The notes under the pieces are model-generated. The model saw nothing but the letters and a program-made list of their open reading frames with translations, had not been told where the DNA came from and did not search any database. Position numbers and translations under genes: made by a program. This document shows, piece after piece, positions 23,590-34,252 of a stretch of DNA of 64,000 nt (the stretch's first letter is position 1; each line of letters opens with the position of its first letter). The DNA comes from an uncultured Nitrososphaeraceae archaeon (lineage in GTDB: Archaea > Thermoproteota > Nitrososphaeria > Nitrososphaerales > Nitrososphaeraceae): contig CAWIMJ010000012.1 in the NCBI GenBank assembly GCA_963837175.1, positions 96,001 through 160,000 of the forward strand, given 5' to 3'.

Positions 23590-24197
23590 TATAGTTATTG
23601 CAGCTAGCGCACTAACTTGTGAGAATGCTATGGTAACAAAACAGACTGACATTAGATATACTATATCAAATGAGTGATGAATGATCAGCAATCTGAAAAT
23701 GGCGACAATCACTATGTAGATAGTCTCTCTATATAGTGAGAATAGGAATTGATATAGTGGCGTAGAATAATTGATATACTGAAAATGAAGAGGAATTTTT
23801 ATGAGTCTTGAAAGAGAGCTAGGAAGAAATTGAATATATTAATAAAGGTCTAAAGCTCCTTTGCATTAGTATTCCTCTAGAATTTGTTGAACCATAGTCC
23901 CATTTATTCTGTACTGTTCATGATTATCTATTAATAATACAATCGAAATGAAAATGATTGAGACATGAGGAATATATCTGGAAAGCTACAAGAAATTCAA
24001 ATTATGAACTTCTATAACTCAAAAGGTATTAGGAAGTATCTATTCTATTGAATAATTGAAATCGGTTACGAGTAAGTATACTCTAGAAATTACCTATAAT
24101 TCCATTATTTTTAGTAGATATTTTCATAAAGGCTGTTATATTTACAGTGCAGATAATCTTTAATGACCAAAAATGATAGAAAAACAAAAATTTCTTA

Positions 24198-24452
24198 ATG
24201 AAAGATAAAGTTTACAAGTTATAATGAGAAGCCCTGCAGGCAAATTGCAACATAGAGATATTACTTAGGCTCTGGGTCCTCTTTTTGCTGCGCGTCCAGT
24301 AGATAATATTCTAAAAAAAAATCCAAATCCAATAGTAGTTCCATGCCATAGAATTATTTGTTCAAATGATAAGATAGGGGTTATGCCTATGGGTCGGCAG
24401 TGAAAGGAGAACTATTGGAAAAGGAAGGAATATATTTCACAAAGGGATTGTG
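24198..24452 (+). pseudogene. ogt: Decayed O6-methylguanine-DNA methyltransferase (Ogt/MGMT)
   Basis: Reads PAGK...*ALG...AARPVDNILKKNPNPIVVPCHRIICSNDKIG/GYAYGSAVKGELLEKEG; PCHR at 24341-24352; in-frame TAG and frameshifts. Confidence 0.85.
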
Positions 24453-24505
24453 AAGGGTTTGGTATATGTAGAGTAGTTTTAAAAAAAAGCGAAAACAATA
24501 CGAAG

Positions 24506-24952
24506 TTAACGGGTCTTTGACTGCTTTATAAGATCGCGCAGGTGGGCCAATGATCGCATCTGACCTCCACTAACCTTTCTATAAAGAGACCAATACGTTT
24601 CTCTATTAATATCATTCCTGTCCTTTAACACCTTTAAATGATATCTCATAGATCTAACTTTGATGACATGTATTTCTTTCTTACCAGTTCTTGCTGACTT
24701 TTTTCCTTTCTTTGAACCTGCGCCCGTCCCATGTTTTCTGCGTATAGCAAGTTTTGCTTCGGCGCGTGCTCTTGAAGTTCCTTTTGGTTTGATAGTCCAG
24801 ATTGTCCCACTCTTAATCAAAGAACGAAGGTTTTCACGAGTAATAGAATCCGCTACATCATCAAGCTTATCTGGCTCAAACCTTACTCTATTTGCACCTA
24901 CGTCCAACATTCTTGCTATTAATTCTCTTTTTTTTCTTATGTTTACTACCAT
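24506..24952 (-). CDS. rpl19e: 50S ribosomal protein L19e (start placed at ATG 24952)
   Basis: VGANRVRF, ITRENLRSLI, GAGSKKGKKSAR, LYRKVSGG. Confidence 0.93.
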   Translation of the reverse strand: MVVNIRKKRELIARMLDVGANRVRFEPDKLDDVADSITRENLRSLIKSGTIWTIKPKGTSRARAEAKLAIRRKHGTGAGSKKGKKSARTGKKEIHVIKVRSMRYHLKVLKDRNDINRETYWSLYRKVSGGQMRSLAHLRDLIKQSKTR

Positions 24953-24953
24953 C

Positions 24954-25382
24954 TCAGAGTTCCTCCTTATCTTTTCTCTCTTCCTCATCCTTTTTTGAGG
25001 CGAGTTTACCAGCATTCAAGAGTTTAATACCCATGCTAGTAGCCTTTGCAATGATTTCTTTTCTTTTTCTTGTTCCTACTGTATGTCCCAATCTAGCAGC
25101 ATCTTTTTTCGGATCTAGTTTGGTAAGATCATTTACATTGAAAACAAGATTATCAGTATATCCTGACGGATGCAATCCTCTTGCTGCTTTCGGACCTCTA
25201 TAACCAATCTTAACAAGTGCAGGTACGCCAGACACTTGCTTTCTCATTTTGTTGTCTTTACCTTTAGGTTTCCTCCAGTTCTCAGATAAGCGGTCATATC
25301 TCCAACTCTCTTGTCTGACAAATTTTGGTCTTTTGTCAGAAATTTTCTTCCTAGCCTGGAGTAATTCCTTATTAATAACCAT
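24954..25382 (-). CDS. rpl32e: 50S ribosomal protein L32e
   Basis: RPKFVRQESWRY, WRKPKGKDNKMR, RGLHPSG. Confidence 0.95.
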   Translation of the reverse strand: MVINKELLQARKKISDKRPKFVRQESWRYDRLSENWRKPKGKDNKMRKQVSGVPALVKIGYRGPKAARGLHPSGYTDNLVFNVNDLTKLDPKKDAARLGHTVGTRKRKEIIAKATSMGIKLLNAGKLASKKDEEERKDKEEL

Positions 25383-25658
25383 AGTGATATCAATAAAAAT
25401 TTTAAATAAATATGTTTCTCAGATGTTCATTTATTACTTTCGAAAGCAGACAAACAAGAAATTGGAATATACTCAGCTTTATCAGATATAAAAAATACAA
25501 GTAATATTTCAAGGTCTTACAAGAAAGTAGTATATTCTAAAATCTATTGTATAACTGGGCACATAATAATAGCTATTGTCATTATATAGTAATATTTTGC
25601 TCTAAACTAAACACATAGCAGAAAGGGTTAATAGTTCCATCTTTGGTTTATAGGGAAG

Positions 25659-26282
25659 ATGAAAAAATATGAATTGCCTCCATTACCATACGCATATGAT
25701 GCACTAGAACCACATATTGACGCAAGAACTATGGAGATACATTACACCAAACATCATCAAACTTATACAGATAAACTCAATGCAGCACTTGAAAAATGTC
25801 CTCCTGAAGTTCAAGAAAAAGACATTGAGGAAATATTATCGAATCTTGATCAAGTTCCGGCTGACCAAAAAAGTGCAATCAACTTTAACGGCGGAGGATT
25901 CGATAACCATCGAATATTTTGGAACAATATGAAACCAAATGGTGGAGGTGAACCAAGCGGATCTATTGCTGATGCAATAAATACATCGTTTGGAAGTTTT
26001 TCAGCCTTTAAAGAGAAATTCTCTTCTACTACCGTATTGATTCAAGGTAGTGGTTGGGGATGGCTTGTCTATAATCCTTCTACCAATAAAGTAGAATACA
26101 AAACAATGCCAAATCAAACAAGCCCAAGAACAGAAGGTTTGATCCCACTCTTAGGATGTGACGTATGGGAACATGCATACTATCTCAAATATCAAAACAG
26201 AAGACCTGACTACGTTTCTGCTTGGTGGAATGTTGTAAACTGGGATGATGCAGCAAATCATTTTGAGAGAGTAAAGAAATAA
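25659..26282 (+). CDS. sod: Fe/Mn superoxide dismutase
   Basis: LPPLPYAYDALEPHI, HYTKHH, GSGWGWL, DVWEHAYYLKYQN. Confidence 0.97.
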   Translation: MKKYELPPLPYAYDALEPHIDARTMEIHYTKHHQTYTDKLNAALEKCPPEVQEKDIEEILSNLDQVPADQKSAINFNGGGFDNHRIFWNNMKPNGGGEPSGSIADAINTSFGSFSAFKEKFSSTTVLIQGSGWGWLVYNPSTNKVEYKTMPNQTSPRTEGLIPLLGCDVWEHAYYLKYQNRRPDYVSAWWNVVNWDDAANHFERVKK

Positions 26283-27050
26283 AAGAAATTTTTGAGTCAC
26301 ATGATAAGATTATGAATGACAAAAATCCCTAATCAGTTGATGGCACACACAAATACTCAATCTTATAGTTATGGAATAGAATGAGGATACTCTTAAAAAA
26401 CCACAAAAATTGGCGTTAGTTCATTCAGCATAGCTAGATCATTACTGTATTACGAAAGAATGGGATCGATGAGCTGTTATTTTAAGAATATCTCTACATT
26501 CTATGTAATTTGCAATTCAAACCCACGTTTATGAAGATAGATTGAAAGGATTGAATTGACCGTAATTATGTATATGCAAATATTGCTCTATCAACTTCCG
26601 CTAACAAAACGAATTTAGTTTGCTAATTAATTATAATCAAATAGTCTAAGTATTTGATCCTAATGTATATACTGCCCTTAAATTGCGCCAATGGAGTTAG
26701 CCTTCCATCACTATTGCCAAAATCTCTGGAAGATATAGATCAGTACGCCAAATTAGTATACCATATACATAAGAGATAGAAAACGTGTTCAAAATTCATT
26801 GCTTGATAAATTATATGCTATGGAAAAAGCAAAACGTCTTAATGATATTACAGAATTAAGCAGAGAATTATCTTAGACGGCCAAAATTGTATTGGCATAT
26901 CAATGATTTCAAGTATTTAAATCCTACTGCTATTGCAATAACTCCCATTTATTAATAGTATAGTCAAGAGAATTATTGCTGCAACAATTGTTATTATTAT
27001 CAAGAAAATATTAGTCCAAGGAGACCACCATCAGATTCTGATGGTGGTGG

Positions 27051-27225
27051 TTATTGTTGAGGTTCAGTATTGGTTGTTGTTGCGATGATGTTCCTGATGA
27101 CTCTTCTCTTGGAGGAACCATTGGGGTAAGCAGCGCCACCGGCAGCAGCATCAATCTTGAATGAATCAATCATTTTTTGTGCAGTTGGCAGATAACCTGA
27201 GAATTGCGATGCTGCAGTCAGCTCA
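27051..27225 (-). pseudogene. Orphan C-terminal fragment resembling the PsbP-like secreted proteins of Nitrososphaeraceae
   Basis: FSGYLPTAQKMIDSFKI resembles the recalled C-terminal motif of that family; upstream part of ORF 27051..27383 looks unrelated. Confidence 0.45.
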
Positions 27226-27720
27226 TTCCCGCTACCTTCCTTCTTCGGTACTTCAATTCTTATCTTAGATGTGAATTTATAGATTTTATATAAAATTAAT
27301 AATAAATCAGCAACAGCGGACGAAGGAGGAGAGGAAGAAGAAAAAAGGAATAGTACTATCACAACCACCATTATTAAAAACACTAGAGGACATGCTCTAC
27401 AATAGAATCAAACAACAGAAAGGTGAAATGCACAAGTCCTAGAACACAGCTTATAGGGATAGCCTGTGGACAGAGATAGAGACATTGCAATGGGTGTTAG
27501 AAGAGTTTTATTATCAGAAGACAACTGGGGAAATAGGATGAGCGATAATACTACTACTAGGGAGCAATACTAGTGATAGTAGTTGTGGAATAAATGCTAG
27601 AAATAATAAATAAATAAATAAATATTGTTTTATTATTGTCAAAACTAAACAGTACCCAGATTAAAATATATCCTCTAGTGTATTATTATATTATAGAACT
27701 ACTGATAAGAATAATCTACT

Positions 27721-28146
27721 ATGAAGACAAAGTCTTTGATAATATCCATTTCCTCTGGACTGTTTCTTACCTTTGCCTTTTGCAGTAATATCGTATATGC
27801 GGAATTACAAGATATAGGAGTAAAAATTTCCTCACCCAGTACAGGTCAAGAAATTCCGGTAGGCGAATTAACTATATTTGGAACCTCCACAGATAATGAA
27901 ACCACTTCTTGCCAGGTTCAAGTCGATGTAAATGACACAAAACCATTCCAGAATGCAACAGCAACTGGCCCGATGCATGAAAATGATTATTCAACGTGGA
28001 TTTTTTCATATACACAAGACTATCGTCTTATTAGAGAAGGCGTAAATGAACTAACTGCCAAAATATCTTGTCTTTATGGGCCCGTCAGTTTAACGAAATA
28101 TAATACTGTAAACGTTATAGGAGTAAATAAAGAGCAAGATCAATAA
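27721..28146 (+). CDS. Secreted hypothetical protein, probable Ig-like beta domain
   Basis: Signal peptide ending VYA; VKISSPSTGQ...GTSTDN...C...GVNELTAKISC beta-rich pattern with two Cys. Confidence 0.7.
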   Translation: MKTKSLIISISSGLFLTFAFCSNIVYAELQDIGVKISSPSTGQEIPVGELTIFGTSTDNETTSCQVQVDVNDTKPFQNATATGPMHENDYSTWIFSYTQDYRLIREGVNELTAKISCLYGPVSLTKYNTVNVIGVNKEQDQ

Positions 28147-28179
28147 TAATAACATAAATGGCATTATAGTTGTCATAGT

Positions 28180-28371
28180 TTACAATGAACCTTTTCTATT
28201 ATTACTTTTTCTCTTCACAATAATTGAAGATATAATATATAGCAAAAATCCACTAATGGTCATGATTATCCCATAAAATGAAATTGCGCCTCTATCTAAA
28301 TAACTTCCAATCCCTACTAATATAGCTCCCATAAATAATAATCCTAGTCCTGCGCGTGCAGAACCGGGCAT
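28180..28371 (-). CDS. Small membrane protein with two hydrophobic helices
   Basis: From ATG 28371: two hydrophobic segments and a basic tail. Confidence 0.55.
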   Translation of the reverse strand: MPGSARAGLGLLFMGAILVGIGSYLDRGAISFYGIIMTISGFLLYIISSIIVKRKSNNRKGSL

Positions 28372-28481
28372 TCTAATTTTCTTTGCTGTTGACAAGGTCC
28401 TGTAGACAAAAACAACATTAGGCAATAATATATTTGTGAATGTTTTTATTAAACATAATTTTTTCCTTATTCCATATTACC

Positions 28482-29525
28482 ATGAAAATTGCAGTCGTTG
28501 GAATAGGAGTTGCTGGAGCATATCTTATGAATAGATTAAGTGATGATCATGATAATCAGGTAGTAGGTTTTGAGAGAATGGCCAAAGCCCAACATGATGC
28601 TGTATGTGCATGGGCAACATGTCAAAATGTAATGTCAGGTTTAGCAAAAAATTGCGGCCTGAATTTTGATCAATATATTCTACATGATGGAAAATATATG
28701 ACGGTTGACCTTAAAGAAACCAACGGCAGTAGAAATAACAGTATAGATATTCGTTTAAAGGGGATGGTCAGTTATGATAAGTTAAAATTAATCCAAGACA
28801 TGATTAGGGGTACAAAAATAGAATATGGTAAAATGCCAAAGAAAGAGAACCTTGAATCAGATTTTGATATCATTATTGATTCAACCGGATTTCATCGAAA
28901 CTATCTTCCAAAACCAAAAAAAGAGATGTGGATCCCATGTGTCCAATATAAGGTAAAATATGACGGTGATAATGTTCCGTATGACGATTTCTACCTTCGG
29001 GCATTTCCTTCAATGACTGGATATTTCTGGTATTTTCCACTCGAAAATGGCTATGCGCATATAGGAGCAGGGGATTTTGAAAGAAGACAGAATAATAAAT
29101 TTGTCAATGAATTTTTGAAAAAATATAAATGCGAGGTTATAAAAAAAGTTGGAAGACCTATTCGAATTAGTCCACCAGTAAATTGCGAACCATTTACAGA
29201 TGGCAGAAAAACAGTTGGCGTAGGCGAGTCGATAGGAACCGTCTATCCATTACTAGGTGAGGGAATAATTCCTGCCACGTGGTGTGCAGAATTATTCGTT
29301 CGACAATTGCATAAAAATATAAATGCATATAGGGATGTTGTATTGAAAAGATTTGGAATATACGCACTCGTGTTCAATTTTATCCAAATGAAAATATCAG
29401 GAAAGTTCAATATGATAAGGCATTCGTATGATTTATTAAAAATATATAATCACATGAAAAAAGAGGAAAATCGTTATGGAATGGAAATCAAAATTGCGGA
29501 TATGATAAAAATTTCAAAGGTTTGA
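28482..29525 (+). CDS. FAD-dependent oxidoreductase, geranylgeranyl reductase-like
   Basis: MKIAVVGIGVAG dinucleotide-binding start, GYFWYFP, VGESIGTVYPLLGEGI. Confidence 0.8.
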   Translation: MKIAVVGIGVAGAYLMNRLSDDHDNQVVGFERMAKAQHDAVCAWATCQNVMSGLAKNCGLNFDQYILHDGKYMTVDLKETNGSRNNSIDIRLKGMVSYDKLKLIQDMIRGTKIEYGKMPKKENLESDFDIIIDSTGFHRNYLPKPKKEMWIPCVQYKVKYDGDNVPYDDFYLRAFPSMTGYFWYFPLENGYAHIGAGDFERRQNNKFVNEFLKKYKCEVIKKVGRPIRISPPVNCEPFTDGRKTVGVGESIGTVYPLLGEGIIPATWCAELFVRQLHKNINAYRDVVLKRFGIYALVFNFIQMKISGKFNMIRHSYDLLKIYNHMKKEENRYGMEIKIADMIKISKV

Positions 29526-29855
29526 AGAAGTTGCATATAATGGATATATTAATAACTACGTTAGTCCAGAGCAATTATATCTGAAAAATACGATCTTTCA
29601 AAATCATTTTTTTGCTGCCTATCATTTCCACTGTGAGGAACAGTTGTTATATAGATCGATTTTGATCTACGATTCCCTATGTCCACACCACACTAGTCGT
29701 TGCATTATATGATATCAGAAAATGAAATATGTGAATTTTATTTTTTTTGACTCTTTCAAATGTCAGTATGCTCTATTTGTGTTAATAAGTTTCAAATTAG
29801 ATAATTCGCTATCTTTCTTATCAATCAATAGAGAATTAAAATCACTAATTTTATC

Positions 29856-30395
29856 TCATATCGTATGCTTTGCAATAATTGCCTTGATTCTTTCTATACC
29901 ATGTATATCTTCTACAACTTTAGCAGTCTGAATGGTAACGAGTTCTTTCCAATCTTCATCCTTTGCCATCCTTGATCTAACTTCTGTTGCAGACAATTCT
30001 TTTCTTCGATACAAAGATGGTTCAACGACTTCTATCTCTCTTTGTTTAAATAGAAGAGCAGTAAGAATGTCATTTGTAAAAACTACATTGTATTTCGGAA
30101 CTAGAATATCCACCTGATGTGTCCACAGAGAATGCATGTTTACATCAGAGACAGGAATCAGGAGTATTTTTTTCATATCCACACTACTATCTTCCACTAG
30201 CGAATCTTTAATCATCTGAATACGTTCACCTGCGGTAAACGGGTTTTTAATCTCATGACTGGTCTGTGCACTTCCTATTATTATTATGAGCTCTTCTAAT
30301 CTACTTAATGCAAACTTGACAGTAGCAAGATGTCCTAAATGGAACGGTTGAAATCTGCCTACAAATAATCCCTTAGACATCACTGTTGTAACCAA
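29856..30395 (-). CDS. nadM: Nicotinamide-nucleotide adenylyltransferase
   Basis: GRFQPFHLGH, GSAQTSH, NPFTAGER, LSATEVR. Confidence 0.93.
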   Translation of the reverse strand: MVTTVMSKGLFVGRFQPFHLGHLATVKFALSRLEELIIIIGSAQTSHEIKNPFTAGERIQMIKDSLVEDSSVDMKKILLIPVSDVNMHSLWTHQVDILVPKYNVVFTNDILTALLFKQREIEVVEPSLYRRKELSATEVRSRMAKDEDWKELVTIQTAKVVEDIHGIERIKAIIAKHTI

Positions 30396-31322
30396 TCAAT
30401 GTTATAATTAAGTAATTTGAGGTAAAAGAAAATATTCTTTGAGTATTGGGAACGATTTATATCAAGTTATTAAAGTTTGATTAATAATTATGAGTATTAT
30501 GTGATCACATGGCATTCTGCTAGGCGCTGTTGATTTAAAGTACGTATTATCTGATACTATGTAAATATAATTGAATATTATGCCTCATGAGATGTTTGCT
30601 AATAATGATGATGACGAAAATGATGAATCATTGCTCTTTTACTAGCACTTATTATGATCTGTCCGTTTATCAGGTATATGCATGAAGCATTCTGATAATG
30701 ACAAAAAAAGATGCCGTATAGTTGCTAGTCGGAATCGAAAAATTAGGTTGATTGACGTTACTGCTATTGCAAGTGAAAATTGAGCATTCTTATTCAATCC
30801 TTGTATTGCAAAATTTATAAATTCATGATATTCCTTCTTATGTTCGCGATTATTATCCATAATTAAGTAGAGAATAGGCATAATACTTAAAGTAATTAGG
30901 GTTAATTTTTTCTGTTTTAAAAGACGCTAAAAAATTGAATAGTCGATTAAAGATAATCACTTTTGCCTAACTTCTAATGTCCTGCATAAACAAATTGCTT
31001 ACACATTGCTAGTAATATCAAAAAAATATTGTCTGCCTCTGGAAAATCATTTTAATATGCGTATAACTTTTTTGTTCATTTGAATAGCATAATAGATCGG
31101 TAAATTTGCAAATGTTTACGGCATATTATTATAAGATAGAATGGAGTGTCAAACATACATCTTTCATTTTAAATTAATTATATTTTAAGTTAATTATATA
31201 TCTTAACCTGACCCAAATTCTTAGACTTCTTGCAGCAGCAAGGTTTAAGCTGACTTTGTTGTAATCTTACTCAATATTGGCGTTCAAAGAGCATTGATAG
31301 TGAACCAATCTATTCAAAGTAA

Positions 31323-32402
31323 GTGTTTTATCTTTCTAATTCAACAAAAAGACAGACTCACGTGTTAAAAATTGATGGATCTTATGGTGAAGGAGGAGGA
31401 CAGATTTTACGTAGCATCGTTTCCCTTTCAGCAATAATAGGCAAACCGATAGAAGTTATAAATATTCGAGCCAAACGTCAAAATCCTGGCCTGCGGCCGC
31501 AGCATTTGTTTGCAATTAAGACAGTAGCAGACCTGTTTCATGCGACTGTAGAAAATTTGGTGGTCGGATCAGACTGGATTAGATTCATTCCAAAATCTGA
31601 CAAATTTGAAGAGAGTAAGATCAAAATCAATGTTGGTACGGCAGGCAGCATCCCATTAATACTACAAACTGTAATCCCTGCAGTCTCTCTTTCAGGCAAA
31701 AGTCTTTGCATAGAGATTACTGGTGGCACAGATGTAAAAATGAGTCCTACAATAGATTATTTACGGTATATTGTAATGCAAGCATATCTAAGCATTGGCA
31801 TAAAGTTCAGCATAGAAATTTTAAAGAGAGGGTATTATCCAAAAGGAGGAGGCATAGTACAATCGGAGATAAGTCCATGTAAAACACCAAATACTCTTGA
31901 CCTTTTGAATATACATTATGTTGAACCAAAAATAGCAAGTGTATGCAGTCAACTTCCCAAACATGTTTCAGAACGCCAGATTTCATCTGCTCTTTTAAAA
32001 TTAGAAAAAAATGGTGTCCGTTGCAACAGTTATTCTTCATCATTTGAAAGATCGCTATCCCCAGGCTCCTCAATTTTAGTACATTCTGAATCTGATTTCG
32101 GTACTTATATCGGCGGAGATTCAATAGGTGAGTTGGATAAAACTGCAGAACGTGTAGGTGAAGAAGCTGCAGACAGGTTCTTAGAAAGTTATCTGGCTAA
32201 AGTTCCAGTTGATTTCTTCCTTGCTGATATGCTAGTAATCCCATTAAGCTTAGCAAAAGGGAAATCACGATACAGAATTGGAAAGTTGACGGAACATCTC
32301 AAGACGAATTTACAAATTGTAAGTCAAATAGTAGGTTGCAGATATCGAATTGAACCTGTTGAGAAAAGCTATGTAATTGTTATTGAAGGAATTTTATCTT
32401 GA
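31323..32402 (+). CDS. rtcA: RNA 3'-terminal phosphate cyclase (true start probably GTG 31362)
   Basis: IDGSYGEGGGQILR, PGLRPQH, TAGSIPL, GGTDV, RGYYPKGGG, catalytic TEHLKTN. Confidence 0.93.
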   Translation: MFYLSNSTKRQTHVLKIDGSYGEGGGQILRSIVSLSAIIGKPIEVINIRAKRQNPGLRPQHLFAIKTVADLFHATVENLVVGSDWIRFIPKSDKFEESKIKINVGTAGSIPLILQTVIPAVSLSGKSLCIEITGGTDVKMSPTIDYLRYIVMQAYLSIGIKFSIEILKRGYYPKGGGIVQSEISPCKTPNTLDLLNIHYVEPKIASVCSQLPKHVSERQISSALLKLEKNGVRCNSYSSSFERSLSPGSSILVHSESDFGTYIGGDSIGELDKTAERVGEEAADRFLESYLAKVPVDFFLADMLVIPLSLAKGKSRYRIGKLTEHLKTNLQIVSQIVGCRYRIEPVEKSYVIVIEGILS

Positions 32403-32974
32403 GATTAAATACTATTATCGATCGCTAAAGCCAGAAAAGATATGATATATCTTTATCATAACTACAGCACGGCAGAGCGAATGTTCTAAGTATCAAGCGG
32501 TATAATTGGAAAATTATTTGGAACTGTTGAAAAACGACAAGAATAATATACAATTTATACTAAATTAATTAATTAATCATCTATTGGATCGACTACCTTA
32601 TCACATTGTTTAGTTAAGAAAATAGAGTATTAAAGACAATGTCTGCTGCCAGGAAAGAATTTGGCAAACAATAGGGAAGATATATAGGAATAACGGTCGC
32701 AACTAAAAAGATTCTTTGAACCTATTGAAAAAGAGAAACCAAATCAAATACGACTCTGGTAAAAAACCTTCAGCGGTAATAGGAACAACAATAGTAATAC
32801 TATGATATAATTAATAGCAAGGGTAATTACTGTATACATTACTGTTAGGATCTCTTGCTTCCAAGAACGCAAGGTAAAAACAACATATATTTGAAGTGGT
32901 AAATTCAAAATATTTAAAGGAATATGAGAATCTATCAATGTTAAAAATTTAGTTATGTATGCACATAACTTTGG

Positions 32975-33415
32975 AATTACATGTTACCGAAAGCTTTCCA
33001 AAGTTGTAATTTTGTAGCGATCCTAACCTTTTCACCTCTTTCCACTTCCAATATCTCAGATCAGCTACACCCTTTAAATTTGTCTTATATGTGGTAACTT
33101 AATATTGATGTTCCATATCTCGGATGCTTTCTCTGATTAATTCAAAAATCAGCCAGTCCTTTGGCACTCTCAATAGCTTTTAGAATGCCTGTCTTTGCTT
33201 CTGATATCGTCTAGTTATAGGTCAATTAGCTTGATTAGAGAACAGGGATTAGCAATGGTACTTTATGTGTTGAATCCATTCCAAATGCCTTAATACTATT
33301 TAAAAAGCTGAATATAAAGCAGCGCAACCAACCAATTGTTTCCAGACCTTAGATTATCAGAACCTGTTGAAATTCTTTAGCATTAAGATTAAAATTTCAT
33401 TTACTCTTTCCATAA
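32975..33415 (-). pseudogene. Decayed, 5'-truncated winged-HTH regulator gene (HFX_2341/DUF6293-like, CARF-like N-domain)
   Basis: Broken frames read MERVNEI/NLNAKEFQQVL, LVGCAALYSAF/IKAFGMDSTHKVPLLIPVL, ISEAKTGILKAIE, YGTSILSYHI*, KGVADL/ILEVERGEK; multiple stops and shifts. Confidence 0.7.
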
Positions 33416-33450
33416 CAGGCTAAATCTTTTTTAAGCCAAAAATCATATTA

Positions 33451-33753
33451 ATGTTAGTGTCAGAAGATTATGATACAAACTCAATGGATGATGTTCTGCG
33501 TGAACTAGATAGAGGGAAAACTAACATAGTCATTTCTAAAGAAATTAGAAGATACAAGAAATCAACTACTATAGTGCGTGGTTTGCAAGATAGAACAGAT
33601 ATAGAATCAATAACAAGGGAGCTAAAGACTAAGATAGGGACTGGAGGGACATATAAAGACAGCCAAATCGTTTTGCAAGGTGATCATAGAGAGTCAGTCA
33701 AGAGTCTGCTTATATCGAAAGGATTTAATGAGAAGTCAATCGAAATAATGTGA
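33451..33753 (+). CDS. sui1: Translation initiation factor aIF-1 (SUI1 family)
   Basis: RRYKKSTTIVRGL, ELKTKIGTGGTYKD, LQGDHR. Confidence 0.92.
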   Translation: MLVSEDYDTNSMDDVLRELDRGKTNIVISKEIRRYKKSTTIVRGLQDRTDIESITRELKTKIGTGGTYKDSQIVLQGDHRESVKSLLISKGFNEKSIEIM

Positions 33754-33910
33754 CAAGTTATACAAAGCGATTTGTTGTTACAGAATTATATAAAAATTAT
33801 AATTTTTATATCTTGTTAGTCACTATAAGAGTTTTATTGTTGTTTAAGCCAGATAGTCGCTCCAATCAATCTTTCAGCAAACAAACCCTATCTTAAATCT
33901 CATCTAAGAT

Positions 33911-34222
33911 GATAATCAAAAAGTCGCGGCTGTTACTGGTAGTTCAAGTAGAATAGAACATGAAACATTAGTTTTATAAATATGAAATGGAGGAATTTTT
34001 AAGAAACACCACAAATATTAAAGAGACGTCCAATAAGGAAATACTGCCGCCATATATATTCCATCCCGATGTTAATGATGGTGTATCAGTAAAAAATGCA
34101 ATTGAGAAGATATTAACAGAAAGCAGAAGAATTGATATGCTAGTTAATAACACTAGTTAGACAATACTTGGCGCCATTGATGTTTTAATGGATGAGATAA
34201 AGACACAATATAAAACAATTTT
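33911..34222 (+). pseudogene. Decayed short-chain dehydrogenase/reductase, N-terminal half
   Basis: QKVAAVTGSSSRIEHET...*, DVNDGVSVKNAIEKILTESRRIDMLVNNTS* (eroded TGxxxGIG and NNAG motifs) with stops. Confidence 0.8.
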
Positions 34223-34252
34223 AATTATCGCCAAATTAAACATAACCACTTT

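Noticed and set aside
30642-30881. Free-standing short ORFs (also 1..231, 18203..18403, 25249..25491, 29722..29931, 32744..32938)
   Set aside because: No recognisable motif; composition typical of random AT-rich frames
32951-33007. Two overlapping hairpins resembling an attenuator
   Set aside because: The larger one lies in the 3' coding remnant of the regulator pseudogene and no downstream gene is positioned for control
33360-33375. GAACCTGTTGAAATT resembling an IS end
   Set aside because: Encodes EFQQV of the regulator pseudogene; no partner repeat
33788-33811. Perfect 24-bp palindrome after sui1 (and a 12-bp IR at 22664-22722)
   Set aside because: Almost entirely A/T in very AT-rich spacers, so chance is plausible
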